Positions 58,520 to 64,000 of a stretch of DNA of 64,000 nt are shown piece after piece. The DNA comes from Macrostomum hystrix. Its lineage: Eukaryota; Animalia; Platyhelminthes. The notes below the pieces were generated by a model. That model was not told where the DNA came from. It did no database searches and saw only the letters and a program-made list of their open reading frames with translations. Position numbers and translations under genes: made by a program. The first letter of the stretch is position 1. The number at the start of each line of letters is the position of its first letter. Location: assembly GCA_950097015.1 (NCBI GenBank), contig CATNEN010000039.1, positions 11,904,001-11,968,000 on the forward strand, in the 5' to 3' direction.

Positions 58520-60690
58520 GCTGTTCCTTCAGTTGGGTTGACCCCCTGATCCTTCAGTTGGGTTGACCCCCTGTTCCTTCAGTTGGGTTGACCCCCTGTT
58601 CCTTCATTTGGGTTGACCCCCTGATCCTTCATTTGGGTTGACCCCCTGATCCTTCAGTTGGGTTGACCCCCTGTTCCTTCAGTTGGGTTGACCCCCTGTT
58701 CCTTCAGTTGGGTTGACCCCCTGTTCCTTCAGTTGGGTTGACCCCCTGTTCCTTCAGTTGGGTTGACCCCCTGTTCCTTCAGTTGGGTTGACCCCCTGTT
58801 CCTTCAGTTGGGTTGACCCCCTGTTCCTTCAGTTGGGTTGACCCCCTGTTCCTTCAGTTGGGTTGACCCCCTGTTCCTTCAGTTGGGTTGACCCCCTGTT
58901 CCTTCAGTTGGGTTGACCCCCTGTTCCTTCAGTTAGGTTGACCCCCTGTTCCTTCAGTTGGGTTGACCCCCTGTTCCTTCAGTTGGGTTGAACCCCTTGT
59001 CCTTCAGTTGGGTTGAACCCCTTGTCCTTCAGTTGGGTTGACCCCCTGTTCCTTCAGTTGGGTTGACCCCCTGTTTCTTCAGTTGGGTTGATCCCCTGTT
59101 CCTTCAGTTGGGTTGACCCCCTGTTCCTTCAGTTGGGTTGAACCCCTTGTCCTTCAGTTGGGTTGAACCCCTGTTCCTTCAGTTGGGTTGAACCCCTTGT
59201 CCTTCAGTTGGGTTGAACCCCTTGTCCTTCAGTTGGGTTGAACCCCTTGTCCTTCAGTTGGGTTGAACCCCTTGTCCTTCAGTTGGGTTGACCCCCTGTT
59301 CCTTCAGTTGGGTTGACCCCCTGTTCCTTCAGTTGGGTTGATCCCCTGTTCCTTCAGTTGGGTTGACCGCCTGTTCCTTCAGTTGGGTTGACCCCCTTGT
59401 CCTTCAGTTGGGTTGACCCCCTGTTCCTTCAGTTGGGTTGACCCCCTGTTCCTTCAGTTGGGTTGAACCCCTTGTCCTTCAGTTGGGTTGAACCCCTTGT
59501 CCTTCAGTTAGGTTGACCCCCTGTTCCTTCAGTTGGGTTGACCCCCTGTTCCTTCAGTTGGGTTGACCCCCTGTTCCTTCAGTTGGGTTGACCCCCTGTT
59601 CCTTCAGTTGGGTTGAACCCCTTGTCCTTCAGTTGGGTTGACCCCCTGTTCCTTCAGTTGGGTTGAACCCCTTGTCCTTCAGTTGGGTTGAACCCCTGTT
59701 CCTTCAGTTGGGTTGACCCCCTGTTCCTTCAGTTGGGTTGACCCCCTGTTCCTTCAGTTGGGTTGACCCCCTGTTCCTTCAGTTGGGTTGAACCCCTTGT
59801 CCTTCAGTTGGGTTGAACCCCTGTTCCTTCAGTTGGGTTGAACCCCTGTTCCTTCAGTTGGGTTGACCCCCTGTTCCTTCAGTTGGGTTGACCCCCTGTT
59901 CCTTCAGTTGGGTTGACCCCCTGTTCCTTCAGTTGGGTTGAACCCCTTGTCCTTCAGTTGGGTTGACCCCCTGTTCCTTCAGTTGGGTTGACCCCCTGTT
60001 CCTTCAGTTGGGTTGAACCCCTTGTCCTTCAGTTGGGTTGAACCCCTTGTCCTTCAGTTGGGTTGACCCCCTGTTCCTTCAGTTGGGTTGACCCCCTGTT
60101 CCTTCAGTTGGGTTGACCCCCTGTTCCTTCAGTTGGGTTGAACCCCTTGTCCTTCAGTTGGGTTGACCCCCTGTTCCTTCAGTTGGGTTGACCCCCTGTT
60201 CCTTCAGTTGGGTTGACCCCCTGTTCCTTCAGTTGGGTTGAACCCCTTGTCCTTCAGTTGGGTTGAACCCCTTGTCCTTCAGTTGGGTTGAACCCCTTGT
60301 CTTTCAGTTGGGTTGAACCCCTGTTCCTTCAGTTGGGTTGAACCCCTTGTCCTTCAGTTGGGTTGAACCCCTTGTCCTTCAGTTGGGTTGAACCCCTTGT
60401 CCTTCAGTTGGGTTGAACCCCTTGTCTTTCAGTTGGGTTGAACCCCTGTTCCTTCAGTTGGGTTGAACCCCTTGTCCTTCAGTTGGGTTGAACCCCTTGT
60501 CCTTCAGTTGGGTTGAACCCCTTGTCCTTCAGTTGGGTTGAACCCCTTGTCCTTCAGTTGGGTTGAACCCCTTGTCCTTCAGTTGGGTTGAACCCCTTGT
60601 CCTTCAGTTGGGTTGAACCCCTTGTCCTTCAGTTGGGTTGAACCCCTTGTCCTTCAGTTGGGTTGAACCCCTTGTCCTTCAGTTGGGTCA
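58520..60690. repeat. 25-bp minisatellite directly after the CD2BP2 stop
   Basis: (CCTTCAGTTGGGTTGACCCCCTGTT), about 87 copies. Confidence 0.95.
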
Positions 60691-61039
60691 AACAGGGGGT
60701 CAGTTAAATTGACACAAGTCAGTTTGTGATTTTTTTCACACTTGGTCTGTCAAATTAATTAAAATCTCCGGTGAGTTGTTTTTCTAATAAAACTTTATCC
60801 ACAGCAATGACAGGCTGAAATGAAATGAATGAATATGTAGCATTTCTAGCCAGTGTTATACGAGCTCGCACCTTGATCATCTGAAATTGAAATAGAAAAT
60901 TTGTACTTTTCGTGTGTAAAAAAGCGAAAATGTATATAGACTCATTGTGCAAAGGCCAGTAAAATTATTATTCCACCGCTACATTATTTCATGTAATCAT
61001 GTTTTTTGTATGTGTATTTTGTAAATTATTAGATTCACG

Positions 61040-62311
61040 GACTCTCAGGCTAGTTCAGCCCATCCTTCAGGGATTGAATCCCAGGTCTCCCAGGCTAGTT
61101 CAGCCCATCCTTCAGGGACTGAATCCCAGGTCTCCCAGGCTAGTTCAGCCCATCCTTCAGGGACTGAATCCCAGGTCTCCCAGGCTAGTTCAGCCCATCC
61201 TTCAGGGACTGAATCCCAGGTCTCCCAGGCTAGTTCAGCCCATCCTTCAGGGACTGAATCCCAGGTCTCCCAGGCTAGTTCAGCCCATCCTTCAGGGACT
61301 GAATCCCAGATCTCTCAGGACAGTTCAGCCCATCCTTCAGGGACTGAATCCCAGATCTCTCAGGACAGTTCAGCCCATCCTTCAGGGACTGAATCCCAGA
61401 TCTCTCAGGAAAGTTCAGCCCATCCTTCAGGGACTGAATCCCAGGTGTCTCAGGACAGTTCAGCCCATCCTTCAGGGACTGAATCCCAGATCTCTCAGGA
61501 CAGTTCAGCCCATCCTTCAGGGACTGAATCCCAGATCTCTCAGGACAGTTCAGCCCATCCTTCAGGGACTGAATCCCAGGTCTCCCAGGCTAGTTCAGCC
61601 CATCCTTCAGGGACTGAATCCCAGGTCTCCCAGGCTAGTTCAGCCCATCCTTCAGGGACTGAATCCCATGTCTCCCAGGCTAGTTCAGCCCATCCTTCAG
61701 GGACTGAATCCCAGGTCTCCCAGGCTAGTTCAGCCCATCCTTCAGGGACTGAATCCCAGGTCTCCCAGGCTAGTTCAGCCCATCCTTCAGGGACTGAATC
61801 CCAGGTCTCCCAGGCTAGTTCAGCCCATCCTTCAGGGACTGAATCCCAGGTCTCCCAGGCTAGTTCAGCCCATCCTTCAGCGACTGAATCCCAGGTGTCT
61901 CAGGGCGGTTCAGCCCATCCTTCAGGGACTGAATCCCAGCCCATCCTTCAGGGACTGAATCCCAGATCTCTCAGGACAGTTCAGCCCATCCTTCAGGGAC
62001 TGAATCCCAGATCTCTCAGGACAGTTCAGCCCATCCTTCAGGGACTGAATCCCAGATCTCTCAGGACAGTTCAGCCCATCCTTCAGGGACTGAATCCCAG
62101 GTGTCTCAGGACAGTTCAGCCCATCCTTCAGGGACTGAATCCCAGATCTCTCAGGACAGTTCAGCCCATCCTTCAGGGACTGAATCCCAGATCTCTCAGG
62201 ACAGTTCAGCCCATCCTTCAGGGACTGAATCCCAGATCTCTCAGGACAGTTCAGCCCATCCTTCAGGGACTGAATCCCAGATCTCTCAGGACAGTTCAGC
62301 CCATCCTTCAG
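61040..62311. repeat. 45-bp minisatellite directly upstream of ERH
   Basis: (CTAGTTCAGCCCATCCTTCAGGGACTGAATCCCAGGTCTCCCAGG)n. Confidence 0.95.
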
Positions 62312-62336
62312 TGACACTAGAATCCGCTTCAGCGGC

Positions 62337-62648
62337 ATGTCTCATGCCATTCTGCTAGTTCAGCCGGACCTTAATCGGCTCGATGGTCGCATCTGGGCTG
62401 ACTACGACAGCATCAACGCCTGCCTCGAGGGCGTCTGTCGCATCTTTGAGGAGCATCTAAAAAAGACGCATCTGCACTCGCCGACCATCAGCTACGACAT
62501 TGGGCAGTTGTTTAACTTCATTGACAGCCTTGGCGATCTGAGCTGTCTAGTACTCAACAGGCCCAGTGGAACCTACGTTCCGCATAACAAAGTCTGGATC
62601 AAAGAGCGGCTATATGTGCTGCTGCGCAAGCAGTCAGATGGTCACTAA
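62337..62648 (+). CDS. ERH: Enhancer of rudimentary homolog (intronless, 103 aa)
   Basis: MSHAILLVQP...ADYDSINACLEGVCRIFEEHLK...ISYDIGQLFNFIDSLGDLSCLV...TYVPHNKVWIKERLYVLLRKQ covers the full-length ERH signature. Confidence 0.95.
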   Translation: MSHAILLVQPDLNRLDGRIWADYDSINACLEGVCRIFEEHLKKTHLHSPTISYDIGQLFNFIDSLGDLSCLVLNRPSGTYVPHNKVWIKERLYVLLRKQSDGH

Positions 62649-64000
62649 CTGATCTTGCCACCCTATGCTTGACTCAGTGATGATTTCAATTGTTTTTGTT
62701 CTCGACACAGATACTATACTCTAACTATACTATAACTATAATAACATAATATAGTTAATATGGTATCTGTGGTTGTCTGAGATAGCTTTAAGTTCTATGC
62801 GGCACAAAGAAAGCGCTAGTTAGCTAAGTTAGCTGGCCTTGTTTTGGTGTACATCTTCACTTTATGTTATTCTGTCAGAGACCCCCACCCCTAAGCTGGC
62901 TGCGTGTGATATCGAATCTCTCTCCTCCCGACTCCCGACTCCCCCTACTTTATCGATCGCGCCGCGCCTTTCCATGCAAGCCTCTACGCCGTCACTTATC
63001 TCTCTATTTTATTGCCTTTCCTCGTCGCATCCTAAAGAGGGTTAAGCTGCTATGTACACTTCTGACGCTGCCAGCCAATGTACAATTTTGACTGAAGTGG
63101 TATTGAAATCTTGTGCGTCTCGTTGAAGTTTATCTAACTATCTTCCGCACAGAATAGCAACAGCTTTCCTTACTTGCTACTGAATAGAAAGTAGCGAAAC
63201 TATTTTACAACAGAAGAGTAAGTGGAAGTGGCCCATCTAGTTAATTTAATATCTGTGGTTCTCGACTACATTTTTTGTGTTTTAACTTTAGTTGTTATAA
63301 AACAGATTTTTGCGGTTTTTAAGGTTTTTTTAATGTGTTTTTGAAAGAAGCTGTAAATTATTTACTACAATATAAAATCTATTTTAAAAACGTCCTAACA
63401 TGTGTTCTTAAACACGTTATGAAATGTCTTCTAGACCAAAGGAAGCTTGTATTCCATTCGTGTATTTGTCCTATTAGCTTTAGTTTAATGGTGTTCCAAA
63501 GCACATTCTTTTATATTGAACTCAAGAAAATTCTTAAATTCTATAGTCGTTTAACATTGTGTTCCTGCACCTGTAATTAATCTGTCTTGTCTTATCTTAC
63601 TTCTAATATTACTATACTAAAGCGAATATAATACACGTGTAATTTTTCGTTTGGCACTACTAATGTATAAAACTGGATATTACAATGGCAGTCTTAAGTC
63701 GTTGCTAGTTAATATTTGTTTATAATAATAAGAGATTATTATCCCACACAGACAAAGCGACCAACACATTTACATAATATTTATTGACAGCAACTTTAAT
63801 AATTAAATTTGCCAAATCTAGCATTTTTTTCGTGTTCCATGTTTTGTACTACGAACTCGTAGTGTGCTACTGTTAGTAATCGCTTGGTAGATATGAATCC
63901 CATGCAATGGTAAATTAAATTATACCGTTATTGCTGCAGGTGTTGCGAGATGTGTGCTTATTCCAAAGTAAAAAGTTTTAAACGAAATGAGCTTCGTGTG

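Noticed and set aside
58520-62311. Regular repeats as possible CRISPR arrays
   Set aside because: Head-to-tail units without unique spacers, no cas genes, and a eukaryotic context.

Overview
Eukaryotic (metazoan) genomic DNA. AT-rich introns and intergenic regions are packed with minisatellites, and GC-rich exons carry poly-Q/G/A tracts, a style suggesting a Macrostomum-like flatworm (inference only). Exon chains were reconstructed by hand from splice sites and reading frame. Genes: 5' half of an ERK MAP kinase (-), OFD1 (+), an orphan 110-aa ORF (+), a secreted Cys-knot-like peptide with an RGD loop (+), a shattered DEG/ENaC (FaNaC-like) channel pseudogene (-, mostly invisible in the ORF track), a divergent LIM-homeobox gene (-), tau-tubulin kinase (-), CD2BP2 (+) and an intronless ERH (+). 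Mobile DNA: a truncated Ty3/Gypsy with a tRNA-Leu PBS and a -1 frameshift pseudoknot, a tRNA-derived SINE family, two hAT-type MITEs carrying a satellite, another 8-bp-TSD MITE, a deleted Tc1/IS630-like element and a Penelope-type minimal hammerhead motif. Most long ORFs in the track are translations of about 25 tandem arrays. Most notable: an array of eight RFX X-box motifs inside the LIM-HD reading frame, the RGD-knottin beside the FaNaC-like relic, and satellites that travel in MITEs or resemble neighbouring coding or splicing sequence.
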